This document shows, one piece after another, positions 12,826 through 26,779 of a stretch of 64,000 bases of DNA. Origin of the DNA: the human T2T-CHM13v2.0 reference genome, Homo sapiens. The stretch is taken from assembly GCF_009914755.1 (NCBI RefSeq), contig NC_060939.1; one strand, given 5' to 3'. Positions within the stretch are counted from its first letter, which is position 1. Each line of letters begins with the position of its first letter. The notes beneath the pieces are model-generated. The model saw only the letters and a list, made by a program, of their open reading frames with translations. It did no database searches and had not been told where the DNA came from. Made by a program: the position numbers and the translations under genes.

Positions 12826-13824
12826 TGAGGCTTCCACTCTAGTTTTGAGAGTAGGCATGTCTACTGGTGTTTGGGAGCAGGGTGAGCTCTTCTGTCAATA
12901 GCCTCCTCAATACCACTCTGGGGAGAGCTTCCCTGGCTTTGGCCAACAGTTACCACCCTGCTCCTGCCTGCCACCTGCCAAATTTTTGTTGAAATTACTC
13001 CACTCCCATTCTCTTTGTTTTTGTGGCTTTCTTCCTTTTTTCTTTTCTTTACTCAGATTTTAGTGTGACTTTAGGAGGGGAAGGAGATACATGCAAGTGG
13101 TTGACCAGAAGTCCTTCACGTTATCAGTAAACATTTTGATAATAATTTACTGAAACTTCTTCCCAACTTCAGTTTCTTTACCTTCAAGTGAGTCCCAGTG
13201 CTGCACCCTGACTTAATTTTTCTAAAATATAGGTCTGCTAAGATTACATCTTGCCAGACTTTTGATGGCTTCTCATAAGACAAGATTCAGAATTCCTAAC
13301 CTCAATTACAGGGCCCTTGACAATCTGACCCTATTCAGTTTCATCTTCTACTGGTCTCTCTCACAGTGATACCCTTGAATATTTATTTTTCTGTAAGCCT
13401 GTCATGTACTTCCTTGCCTCTGTGTTTTTTCTGTTCCCTGTGCCCGGAATGCTCTATCTATTCTTCCTGTCTGGTATATTCCTACTAAGTCTACAAGGTC
13501 CAAACCAGGTTTTATCTCCTCTGTGAAGCCTTTCAAGACCCTATACTTCACCACAGGCAGAATTTATTAACCTCTCTGTGTTCTGGTAGCACTAAACTGA
13601 TGCTTAACCTGGCAATTATACCTCAGGGCAGAGCACTTTATTTACACTCCTGCCTCATTAGCCAGGTTGTCACTTCCTTAAAGGCAAGGACTGTGCTTTC
13701 TTCTCCTTGTTATTCTAAGCATAAGCTCAGTGCTGAATACTCTGTAGACATTCAGGAAATGTTTATCAAATGAATAATGGTCATTGCCATGGCAGTTGAC
13801 TCAGTTGTCATCTCCCTCTTTTAG

Positions 13825-14060
13825 GCACACAAGCCATGCCCCCTCTTTTCTCTTTGGGATACCACCAGTGCCGCTGGAACTATGAAGATGAGCAGGATGT
13901 AAAAGCAGTGGATGCAGGGTTTGATGAGCATGACATTCCTTATGATGCCATGTGGCTGGACATAGAGCACACTGAGGGCAAGAGGTACTTCACCTGGGAC
14001 AAAAACAGATTCCCAAACCCCAAGAGGATGCAAGAGCTGCTCAGGAGCAAAAAGCGTAAG
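13825..14060 (+). CDS. GANC: GANC coding exon (probable exon 11), [19 protein letters not shown]...WLDIEH...KKRK
   Basis: AG 13823-13824, GT 14061; [10 protein letters not shown] and WLDIEH GH31 barrel motifs. Confidence 0.96.
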
Positions 14061-14308
14061 GTAAAATAAGCCAACATTTCTGAACCTTTTAATTACAGAG
14101 TTTTAAAAAATGTTTTAGACTTGCCTTGGCACATCAGTGGTGGAGAAACATCTGATAAAAAATGGCTGTGAAAATAGTAGATTCAAATATAATTGTCACT
14201 GTGATAAGAGAGAAAGTGAATGGTAAAAAGGTGATGACCCCATCCATTCCTGGCTTAGTTATCTAGGTCACCATAATGAAGAAGGGGTCTAGCATTTTCA
14301 GTTCCGTT

Positions 14309-14723
14309 TCTTGTGGCCACCCTGTAGTAATGTGATCCCCCCACTCAAAATTTAGTTTCCATGTCTCAATTGGTGACACCACACTTGCACTAAGAGTATA
14401 TTAAAAAGTTTATTACTCATATAATGAGGCTTTCTGGGGAGAGCAGGGGTGGCTCCCAAGCTGGTTTGAAAATGGCTTGAGAGAACTGAGAAAGGAGATT
14501 GGCTCAGCTTTTATGGTGGTTAGCGGGTGGGGACAGGGCAAGGGCTCTTGCACGCAGGCTGAGGCTTAGATAGTTTGAACCCCCTGCTGGCACCAAAGGA
14601 GGGGGCACTAGAGCTTTCTTTGTCAGCTTGTCCAGATACGGGCCGAAGGGTAAGGGGGGAGTAGCAGGGCTTGAAAACGCTTAAAAGTCAAATATCAAAT
14701 ATGGTATCAAATTCTTTGTTACA
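14309..14723 (-). mobile_element. Solo ERV LTR (LTR47-like)
   Basis: Minus strand starts TGTAACAAAGAATTTGATACCATATTTGATATTTGAC; possible TSD CCGTT/CTGTT. Confidence 0.55.
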
Positions 14724-15519
14724 CTGTTTTTCCTGCATGCTTCCCTGGTGGACTCCACCTGTCAATCTGGCCAAGAAAAGAACAGAAATAGAAAATGGGG
14801 AGGGAGAGAAGCCACTGGAACATGTATAATGCTGCTTTCCAGTTCCAGGAGTGGTGGTGGTGGTAATAGCAATAATGAAAAGATGGAAGGAGAGAAGAAA
14901 ATGGAGAGAGGAGAAGGGGGGCGAAACCCTATGTGTATCATGTGAGTGAATAAAGTCCCTCTCCTTGAAAGTAAGGTTGACTTTTCAACCCATTCCTTTG
15001 ACCTCCCCACCAGGCTTTTCACAGACAGCCAGAGCCCATCCAGTTAACTCCTAATTTCCCAATTAATAAATAGTTACCATATATCAAGCTGTTATGGGCT
15101 AGACAATATGGTAAAACACATTATTCCATCCAGCGATGACAAAACTGTAAGGTAGGTCTTGTTACCCCATATTTTAGATGAAGAAGCTGAGGCTTAGACT
15201 GGTTTCAAAATTTACACAAAGGCACACAGTGAATAAATAGCATGGCAAGAATCTGAACCATGGTCTGCCTGACTCCAGATCTTCTGTCCTTAATAAGTAG
15301 TTATTTACTGAGGCCTTGAACCTTCAAGATGCTGTGGTAGTGCTGAAGGGTATACAGAGATGAGCTCCTTGTGGTCTTACAGTGAGTGAAGAAAAGGCAA
15401 GTATCCAACTACAATACAGGAAAGTAACATAAGGGCCAAAGAAAGGTCAGGGTAGGGGCAGGCCAAGAAAGAGAAGATTGTATCCTCAAGACTTAAGCAG
15501 GGCTTTGTTCCAGAGGTGC

Positions 15520-15843
15520 ATTTTATTTTATTTATTTATTTTTTATTTAATTTTTTTTTGGGGGACAGAGTCTCACTCTGTCACCCAGGCTGTAGTGCTA
15601 TGGTGCGATCTCAGCTCATTGCATCCTCCATCTCCTGGGTTCATGCAATTCTCCTGCCTCAGCCTCCTGAGTATCTAGAATTACAGGCATGTGCCACCAT
15701 GGCCAACTAATTTTTGTATTTTTAGTAGAGATGGGGTTTCACCATGTTAGCCAGGCTGGTCTTGAACTCCTGACTTCAGGTGATCCGCCCACCTGAGGCT
15801 CCCAAAGTGCTGGGGTTACAGGCGTGAGCCATCATATCTGGCC
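15520..15843 (-). mobile_element. Alu
   Basis: Full dimer with TTTA-type tail. Confidence 0.95.
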
Positions 15844-16074
15844 TAGAAGTGCATTTTAGATGAGCCCTGAAGCATGTCCCTAACTAATGAGTAAGCAGGG
15901 AGAGGGAAGAGGGCATTGCAGCCAGAGGAAGGAGCATTAGGGGTGTTCGGAAAGCAGTGCACAGGCAAGTTTGACAGCCAGGCATGTGAGGGTTCTAATA
16001 GTGGAGGATCTGACCAGAAAGGTTGGGACCTTTGTGTAAACTGCTTTGTATGCATTTGGAAACATTACAAGTTT

Positions 16075-17018
16075 TTGAATAAGGGGTTAATATCCAGAAT
16101 ATATAACAAACTCCTACAACTCAGCAACAACAAAAAAAAACAGTTAAAAAGTGGGCAAAGAACTTGAATAGACAGCTCTCCAGAGAAGATACACAAATAG
16201 CCAACAAGCACAAGAAAAGATGCTCAACACCACTAATCATTAGGGAAATGCAAACCAAGACCACAGTGAAATCCCATTTTACATAATTAAGATGACTACT
16301 ATTTAAAAAAAAAACAAAATAACAAGTGTTGGCAAGGATGTAGAGAAATTGGAATCTTTGTGCACCGTTGGTAGGAATGCAAAATGGTACAGCTGTTATG
16401 GAAAACAATATGATAGTTCCTCAGAAATTTAAAAATGGAATTACTGTATGATCCAGCAATTCCACTTGTGGGTATATACCCAAAGGAACTGGAAGCAGGA
16501 ACCTGAAAAGATATTTATACACCCATGTTTATAGCAGCATTAGTCACAGTAGTCAAAAGGTCAAAGCAACCCAAGCTGCTTGGGTTGCAACTCCATTGAC
16601 AGACGAATATGTAAACAAAATGTGGTATATACGTACAACAGAATATTATTCAGCCTTTAAAACGAAGGAAATTCTAATAGATACTACAGCATGGATGAAC
16701 CTTGAGGATAAATGCTAAGTGAAATAAGCCAGTTACAAAAAGACAAATACCGTGTGATTCCACTAATTTGAAGTAATTGGAGTAGTCATATTCATAGAGA
16801 CAGAAAGTATTATAGAATGGTAGTTGCTGGAGCTAGGAGGAGGGAATGAGAAATCATCATTTAATGAGTATAAAGGTTTAGTTTTGCAACATGAGAGAGT
16901 TCTGGAGATTGACTACACAACATTATGACTGTACATACTTAACAGTACTAAACTGCACACTTAAAAATGGTTAAGATAGTAAATTTTATGTTATGTGTAT
17001 TTTACCACAATTTAAAAA
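16075..17018 (+). mobile_element. L1M 3' end fragment
   Basis: L1 ORF2 end and 3' UTR text (taatatccagaatata, atggatgaaccttgagga, acttaaaaatggttaag). Confidence 0.85.
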
Positions 17019-17021
17019 TTA

Positions 17022-17370
<349 letters not shown>

Positions 17371-17786
17371 TTAATATTCAGGACTGATTAGAATAGAGAT
17401 GAGGAAGGAGGATTAGATGGTGTTCTGGCCAAATAAAGTGTTATTGAGGCCCTAGACTGGTGGAAGTGATGGTATTGTAAAGTCACGGAGAGATGCTAGA
17501 GACACAGCGCTGTGGCTTACAACTTTTCTCAAATCTCCTTCCTAATATGCCTGCACCACTGGGCTTGGGGACTTTGTTTTTAACATGTTATTCTCTTAGT
17601 TTCTTTAATGTTTGCTTATATCAATGTTATCTGAGCGTCTAAATGTCTAGGGAGCAGGTACCCTGCCTACTTAGTTCTGTATGTATAGTATGCAGCACTC
17701 AGCATCATGGACAGATAGACACTTAATGCTATTTAAAGAACATCTATTGGTTAGGCAGCAATAATTATAAAAGAGCATTGGCCTGG

Positions 17787-18098
17787 TTTTTTTGTTTTTG
17801 TTTTTTTCTTTTTTAGAGATGGGGTCTTGTTCTGTCACCCAAGCTGGATTGCAGTATCATGATCATGGCTCACTGTAGCCGCGACCTCCCCAGCTCAAAC
17901 AGTCCTCCTGCCTCAGCCTCCTGAGTAGCTGGGACCACAGGTGGACACCACCACACCCAGCTAATTTTTAAATTTTTTTGTAGAGACAGTGTTCCACTAT
18001 GTTGCCCAGGCTGGTCTCAAACTCCTGGCCTTAAGCAGTCCTCCCACCTTGGCCTCCCAATGTGTTGGGATTGCAGGTGTGAGCCGCTGTGCCTGGCC
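17787..18098 (-). mobile_element. Alu (AluJ-type)
   Basis: Dimer; flanking agcattggcc duplication. Confidence 0.92.
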
Positions 18099-18338
18099 AG
18101 CATTGGCCCAGTTTTGGTATCAGTTGAAATTCTCATAAGCACATGAAAGGTTATAGGGTTTTACTGGTGTCTGAAATATTTATTTTTTGTTTTTGTTTTT
18201 GTTTTTTTGTCTGAAATATTTCAATACTAGTTGTAGTTGTTTGTAAAAATTGAACCCCCAAACTATGGCGAAAACATATACGTGAACATTTGTCTTACAT
18301 AAAACTGATGAGACCTCCAAACCTTCATGTCCTGACAG

Positions 18339-18465
18339 CTTGTGGTCATCAGTGATCCCCACATCAAGATTGATCCTGACTACTCAGTATATGTGAAGGC
18401 CAAAGATCAGGGCTTCTTTGTGAAGAATCAGGAAGGGGAAGACTTTGAAGGGGTGTGTTGGCCAG
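18339..18465 (+). CDS. GANC: GANC coding exon (probable exon 12), LVVISDPHIK...GVCWPG
   Basis: AG 18337-18338, GTATGA donor; DPHIK and CWPG motifs. Confidence 0.95.
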
Positions 18466-19403
18466 GTATGAAATCACTTTATACACTTATTATTTCCACA
18501 TGTTCTGTCCCAATTAATGAAGGCTGCGTGGTCATCATTCTGCTCCCTTGTAGATGTCTCTTGCTCCTCTAGCTACATTTTAAGCATATAATTTAATGAA
18601 GAGATAGGTTTGCCTTCTTTTGTATCTTTTATAATACCTGGTACTATATGCTTTGTATGTATTTATCAATCAATAATTGAATGAATGAAAAATAAACAAG
18701 CAAACCTCAGTGGCATGCTGTTTCTCCAAGCAAACAGAGATAAAAAGTCGGGGAATAAGAAAAGCAGAGGAGGAGAAAGAAAAAAAGTGGGTCCTGCAAG
18801 CTCTCTCCTTGTGATTGCTCTTCACCCTTTTAGCCCATAGTTTTGACTTCCCAGGCTTTCATGAGTCACCTCAGCCACCCTGATGACTATGGATTCTTCA
18901 TTTCAAAAGTTATTAAAAGTTATTAATTTAAAGCCTTGGTAGAAACTCCCCAAGGACAAAAGGAAAATACGTTGTTTAGAAATAAAGAGTCAGCACTATC
19001 TATCATAAATCCATGCACTGTAGAGAAACCCCGTGCCTTTCTTTTTTTCCCTTTACATCCCTTGAACACAATTCTCTGTTCTCTTTAAGAACCAAGAGAT
19101 CACTGCAGGATATTTGCCATCCTTCCTTGGGCTATATTAGGCCATCAGTGAGGGACAGGCTCTATCATGATACTTGTGCATTGGCATTCCCCTGGGCTTC
19201 TGGTATTGAAAGATCTAGTGATTGTCACTGGAGCCCAGCATTACCTTCCTTCACTTCTCAACAGACCATGCCTCTGTCAGCCAACTTTCGTGTTTATGTA
19301 AGGTGCCCATTTCCCAGCTCTCACATCTGATACCTTCTTTACAATGCATCTTACTGTGAGGACCACTGTTCTTGACAGGCTATCTACTGTTCTGCCTCCA
19401 CAG

Positions 19404-19483
19404 GTCTCTCCTCTTACCTGGATTTCACCAATCCCAAGGTCAGAGAGTGGTATTCAAGTCTTTTTGCTTTCCCTGTTTATCAG
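19404..19483 (+). CDS. GANC: GANC coding exon (probable exon 13), LSSYLDFTNPKVREWYSSLFAFPVYQ
   Basis: ctccacAG acceptor, GTTGGT donor; DFTNP motif. Confidence 0.94.
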
Positions 19484-20276
19484 GTTGGTTTTTATTCCTT
19501 TGTTCTTTTCTAGTTACCTGAAAGAGTGAAAGAAGTGGAAAAAGTGATTGAATAAAACTATTCTTTTTCATTGAGTAGCTTTTGATATATAATGCTTTTA
19601 TTAAAAGGCAAGTATGGCCACCACATTACAGACTCTGGGGGTGCTGGGAGAGGTGCCATATGCATAAGCAAATGCACAAAACCTGTGATTTTGACCTCTA
19701 TTATAATAGACTCTATGATATATCAAAGTACTTTATAGCAGAGGTTTATTATATTTTCAAATTGCTATATATATTTTATATAAAATTGTATTCCATAACT
19801 GTTATTTAAATATGATGATACATGTGAAAATATCTTACAACGTATTTGTCATTAAAAGTGAAGTATGATTTTTAAATAATCTGATAAGAACCACAGAGGA
19901 AACTGGAGAGGCCACATCTGGAGAACTGTTTTCAACCAATTATGATGATATTAATGATGGCAGTGTTGATGATGATGATACCTAATGCAAATGGAGTACT
20001 TGCTGTGTGCCAAGCACTGTGCTAAGGATGACTTCATGTGCATCATACCATTTGTCTTCATAATAACCCTCTGAAGTTGGAACTATAACTAAATCTAACC
20101 CCATAGAAGAGGAAATTGAGACATAGAGAAGCTTAAAAACTTGCCAAGGTCATGCATCTAGTAAGTGGTGGAACCAAAATTTGAACTCAGGTCTGTTTGT
20201 GCCCTAAGCCCAGCTTTTAACCACTAAACTGTAGTTTCTGGCATCAAGTATTAGGGCACTAATAAACAACTTAGTA

Positions 20277-20448
20277 CAGGGATAGACAAGCGTTGGGCCA
20301 AATCTGGCCATGCCTATTCATTTGCCTATTTGTGGCTGCTTTTGTACTACTATGGCAGAGTTGAATAATTGAAAAAGAGACCTCATGGCCTGCAAAGTTG
20401 AAAATATTTACTATCTGGACCTTTACCAAAAATGTTTGCCAATCCCTG
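20277..20448 (+). mobile_element. MER58-type hAT MITE
   Basis: caggg...gggccaaatctggcc...ttgccaatccctg termini. Confidence 0.7.
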
Positions 20449-21346
20449 CTTTAGATGGTTCTAAAGGAAAGATATGGTAGTTAAATATTTGGAAATCATT
20501 TACCCCCTTATACATAGAAGAACACACATGTTTAGAAATAAAGATTCAAAAAAAAAAAAAAACAAGCCACCTCCAGGAATTTGAAAGACTTTCTTGTGGG
20601 CGAGGTGACAGATGTATTCTGTGGGGTCTCAGAAGGTAAGCTAGGTAGGCTCTGCGAGGGGAATGTTATATACAAGGAGCAGGATTTTTGAAAAATAATA
20701 GAATGAGCTGCCTGAGGGACTCCCTGTCTTTTTAGCTATTCAGTCAAACGCCAAAAGATAAGTGATTCTAGAAAAGACCAGGGATTCTACAATACCATGT
20801 TAGCTAGATGACTCAACTGTCCCTTCCCACTCTAAACTGAACAATTCTGTGTAGGATACAAACTATAGATCATGTTAACAAACAGGTATATTGGCTGTCA
20901 AGTCTTTCAAAGTATTAGAGAGAAGGTAGAATCTTGTCATGTTCAGCTATAGTTGCCCTTAGTTAAGAGTTGTAGCATCTGATGAATGAGAAGGAGCCCA
21001 ATTGTGAACATTCACAACCTTTCCCATAGGAGTCCTGCAGGGAGGTCTTGGAATGAATTTGCCAGGCAATATATATTTCACAGACAACACAGGGCAGCAT
21101 TCTTTTATTCAGCAGCAAATATTTATTGAGATCTGTCTATGGGCCAGGTACTATTCTAGATGTTTGGGATTTATTAATGAACAAAACAGACAAAATGTTG
21201 TTCCCTGTGGAACTTATACTCTAGCAGTGGAGCAGAGGACAGAGCATAGATAATAAACATAATTTTTAAAATGAGGTAGCAATGGTGACAGCTATTATAT
21301 AGACATCATCAATGTAGGAGTGTCATGACCAAGGTTTACTTCCTAG

Positions 21347-21490
21347 GGATCTACGGACATCCTCTTCCTTTGGAATGACATGAATGAGCCTTCTGTCTTT
21401 AGAGGGCCAGAGCAAACCATGCAGAAGAATGCCATTCATCATGGCAATTGGGAGCACAGAGAGCTCCACAACATCTACGGTTTTTATCAT
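21347..21490 (+). CDS. GANC: GANC coding exon (probable exon 14) carrying the catalytic nucleophile, [10 protein letters not shown]
   Basis: ttcctAG acceptor, GTAAGA donor; GH31 signature W-x-D-M-N-E and HNIYG. Confidence 0.96.
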
Positions 21491-22616
21491 GTAAGACATC
21501 CAAAAAGAATTAAACTGGGCTTGTGTGACCCACCTTTTGGCTGAAGGTCATTTGCTTTGTGATATAATGGCTATTCTCTACTGTTCATTTCTCTTTGTGT
21601 GTCTTTTCTGACAACTGCAATGAGTCTTAGGTAGTAGCCAATACAAGACTTTTTATTATTTCTCCCTTTGCTTCTTTTCTTTTCATGATGAACTTGATGA
21701 ACTTTTAAATATTATGAAATTAATTATAACATAAAGCTTCTGCCTTGATAGGAGCCATTAATAAGTGGCACTCACTGGCCACTACCTCAAACTTTTATTG
21801 ATGCAAGCAGTATATAAATATGTGAATGAAGGTAATTAAAACAAGTGTTTTAAGATTTCACAGATATCTAAATACAGCAAATCTTATATTCACACTGGAG
21901 GAGCAATATTTAGAACACAGACACACAGCTTCAATAAGTATATTTTAAAAATGTAAAGCCTTCCTTAAGTACTTAGCTTCCTCAATAAAGGTGGTAAAAT
22001 TATCTTTCATTTGCCAACTACATCCAAAAGACGTGGCAGACACTTGACCTCATGTATACCCATGGTTCTTTGTTATTTTCAAATTGTGACTGTATTCCTG
22101 TGGCCCTCTTACCTATTGGTATTTTCCAATGGGATCTTTTGGCTAAATATAAGCATAGTTTTCAGATTGTGTGTGTTTGCCTCTTTAACAGCCTGTTGCA
22201 GTAACTGTAGACTGCTTTAGTTAGTGAGCTGTCTTATATAGGTCAGGACCAGTCATTTAACCTCTCTGAAGCTCAGTTTTTCGTACCAATGAAAACTGTC
22301 TGTCTCAGAGGTTGTTACGGAGATTATATGAGAAAATTATATTAAATGCCTAGCAATAGTAAGCACCAAAGAAATGCTAGATGATTGTTTATTATTATTT
22401 CATTGCTATTGTTAACCAAAGAAAATTTTCCATTCTTTTAATAGGGGAATTTAGAGTAATTTCATTATACCATGAAAATTATTTGATGGATTTATTTTAA
22501 TATTTTCCATTTCATGCTCCTGCCTACTGTTTGCTTTTTGTATGTTAGATAGCTTATTGGGGATGTCTGTACAAATCCAATCATCTCTTTGAAATTTTTC
22601 TTGTTTGGTGATATAG

Positions 22617-22713
22617 CAAATGGCTACTGCAGAAGGACTGATAAAACGATCTAAAGGGAAGGAGAGACCCTTTGTTCTTACACGTTCTTTCTTTGCTGGA
22701 TCACAAAAGTATG
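22617..22713 (+). CDS. GANC: GANC coding exon (probable exon 15), QMATAEGL...[17 protein letters not shown]
   Basis: AG 22615-22616, GTAAGG donor; RPFVLTRS motif. Confidence 0.95.
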
Positions 22714-22811
22714 GTAAGGAATGGCTCATATCAGACTTAAAAACACATTAGCAACTTTTTTTTTAACCATTTATAGAATGTGATGTTACTGTGCTGATGC
22801 CTTCCTTTTCC

Positions 22812-23137
22812 TTTTTTTTTTTTTTTTTTTTCATTTGTTTGTTTGAAACAGAGTCTCGCTTTGTCACCCAGGCTGGAGTGCAGTGGCACAGTCATGACTC
22901 ACTGCAGCATTGACCACCTGGGCTCAAGCAATCCTCCCACCGAAGCCTCATGAGTAGCTGGGATTACGGGTGCACACCACCACACCCAGCTAATTTATAT
23001 ATGTATATGTATTTTTTGGTAGAGACAGGGTTTCACCATGTTGCCCAGGCTAGTCTCGAACTCCTGGACTCAAGCGATCTGCCCACCTTGGCCTCCCAAA
23101 GTGTTGTGATTACAGGTGTGAACCACCACACTCAGCT
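22812..23137 (-). mobile_element. Alu (AluJ-type)
   Basis: Dimer; flanking gctgatgccttccttttc duplication. Confidence 0.92.
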
Positions 23138-23954
23138 GATGCCTTCCTTTTCAATAGCCATTGGTCAGGCCTTTGATTGTAGACAGTGGTATGCCCTAAA
23201 GTGTGGATTTTGTCCTATAAGACAGAATAAACAAATTTTAGTCATTTGATACTTGTTTCTCACTGAAGAAATGGCCACTTCGTTGTTGGGAGAGTAACTT
23301 CTAAGTATTCAGTTTGCTGGGATAGTCATCTTTGGTCCTGTCTCTTTGATTTATCAAAGCCAGGGAGATACACCTCTAACACATTCCATTAACCAACTGT
23401 TCCACTTAGAAATGTGGCTTAAAATAGACCTGGCTGTTGCGTGTGGTCAGGGTCATCTATAACTGGATGCAGTTTACCAGCTAATGCAGATCTGGTTCAA
23501 CTTAACAACCCTGTGGCAGGAAGGCTATTTTAAGTCCCCTGGCCTTGCATAAGCAACGGAGAGCTTAGATCCTAGTTTAAAGAATCCAGCCCTTACTATC
23601 CTGTGGACATTATTAAGCCTCCCACTCCACCCCTGAAAACCTGGCCCTGTGGCATTCTGGAAAGGGCCAAAATATTACAATCTCAGGCAAAGATTCATGT
23701 ACAGAGGTATTCAACACAGTGGTAGTCCTTGAAACAAAAGTAAGAAAGAAAATCTAAATACATAACAATAAGGGAATAGTTATAAAAGTATGGTATAGCA
23801 ACATGATAGATTATCGTGAGGCTATTTATGTTTAAAAAATTTTTTTTCTTTTTTTAATTTTCATAAGGCTATTTTAAATGGTAGATTTAATTGCATGAAA
23901 AAATGTTTTTGATATGATAAATAAAAAAAGGAACACCTAAGTGTTTATAATATT

Positions 23955-24190
23955 AACCTAATTTTGTATTGATATGTATTAGATGTACATATTTTCAGGA
24001 TATGTGTGATAATTTGATATGTTCATATAATCAAATCAGAGTAATTGGGATATCTATCACCTTAAATATGTATCTTTTCTTTATACTAGGAACGTTTAAA
24101 TTATTCTCTTTTAGCTTTTTTAAAATGCACACAATCAAGGCTAACTATAGTCACCTTACTGATCTATCAAACATCAAGTCTTATTTCTTA
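23955..24190 (-). mobile_element. L1MA-type 3' end fragment
   Basis: Antisense L1 3' UTR text (taatcaaatcagagtaattgggatatctatcacc). Confidence 0.65.
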
Positions 24191-24739
24191 TTATCTCAAT
24201 TTTATAAAAGATTAATGGAAGATAGTAATTTAAATAAATAAGTGGGTAGATAGGCAGACAGTTAAATATAAGAAAATGTAATACCTTGGTGATTTTGAGT
24301 GATTTTCATTTTTTTCTTTTATCTAACTTTATTTTACAAATTGTCTACAAGTATCATTTTTAATCACAAAAAAAAGTATTTTTAATGAAAACATTTACCA
24401 GCAACAGTTAAAAAAAGATAACAGAAGATTTAAATATTAGGTTATTGTTGATCTCTTATGTTGGTCCATTGCTTAGCCTGCAGTACTCTGTGTGAAGCTA
24501 TCAGCTTTGCTTCACTGTGTAGCAAGACATTACAGGAAATACTACTTTGTTAAGTCATATGCGATGATCAATAGCCATAGAGAACTTCTGACTAAACAAT
24601 AGTATGAGACATGAAAATATCTGCATGTTTATGTGAGCTTTCTTTCTTGATGAGAATGTCTCCATACGGATTTCAAAATCATTATGTAAATACGTACATA
24701 TCTCGCTTGAAGTCAAGAGGAAATTAGAATACTTTTTTA

Positions 24740-25382
<643 letters not shown>

Positions 25383-26202
25383 TTTTTTTTTTCCTGGCCA
25401 TAGGGCGGCCTAAAATTTCTATGAAAGATTAAAACAAAAATAGCTACCAAAACTATTTTGGTAGAAGATAGACAAAAATGCTTCAGAAGTAGTATATATT
25501 TCATAAAATAAGACTTTCCCTTTTATGGCTGTCTTTGGTGGTATATAATCTCTCATCACAAACTCTTAGCAACTCTTCAGTAAATAAGAACAAGAACACT
25601 GGCTTAGGCATCAGAGTGCCTGGGCTCAAATCCTGCCTCTACCACTTAATAACTGTGTAACTCTGGGTAGATTATGCATCCATTGCTTGCTATACTTCCC
25701 TCATCTATAAAATTGAGTTTATAATAGTGTTTATCTGATAGGATTGTTGTGATTATTAAGTAGGATAATACCAGCAAACTATTCGGCATAACACTTGGCT
25801 CAGTATGGGTTAAATAAATGTTAATTATTGTTATTGCTACTGTTATTATGTCTCCCCTTTAAGGCCTGTAACACTTCTCTCAAATTTTTTAGGGTTTTCT
25901 TTGGAAGCAGGGGCTGGTGGAGGTGGGAGGAAATAGGTACATAGATCAATTGAACAGAGTAGAGAATCCAGAGTATCCAACACATATGTGATCAATTGCT
26001 TTGCAACAAAGTTTCCAAGGCAATTTAATGGAGAAATTACAATTTCTTTTCAGTAAATGGTTCTGAAACAACTGGATATCTGTGTGGGGAAAAAAATGAA
26101 ACTACACCCCTACCTCATACCATATTCAAAATTAAACTAAAAAATTAACTCATTTTAAAAGCTAAAAATACAACCTAACTTCTGGAAAAAAACATAGAAT
26201 AA

Positions 26203-26501
<299 letters not shown>

Positions 26502-26779
26502 AGTAGAAAATCTTTATGGCTTTGAAACAGACAAACATTTCTTAGAAAGAACACAAAAAGCATGAATCATAAAAGAAAAAAATGACAAATTAGACTTTAT
26601 CAAAATTTAAAAATGTCTGCCCTTTCAAAGACATTGGTAAGAAAATGAAATGGCAAGCCACCGACTGAGGAAAAAAATATTTGAAATATACATATACAGA
26701 TATATCTGCCAAAATACTTGTATCCAGAATATATAAAGAACTTTTACTACTCAATAATAATAAGAAAGACAACCTACTT

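Noticed and set aside
24555-24595. C/D-box-like motifs (cgatga...ctga) in a GANC intron
   Set aside because: Imperfect C box, boxes only ~25 nt apart, no terminal stem; no snoRNA supportable
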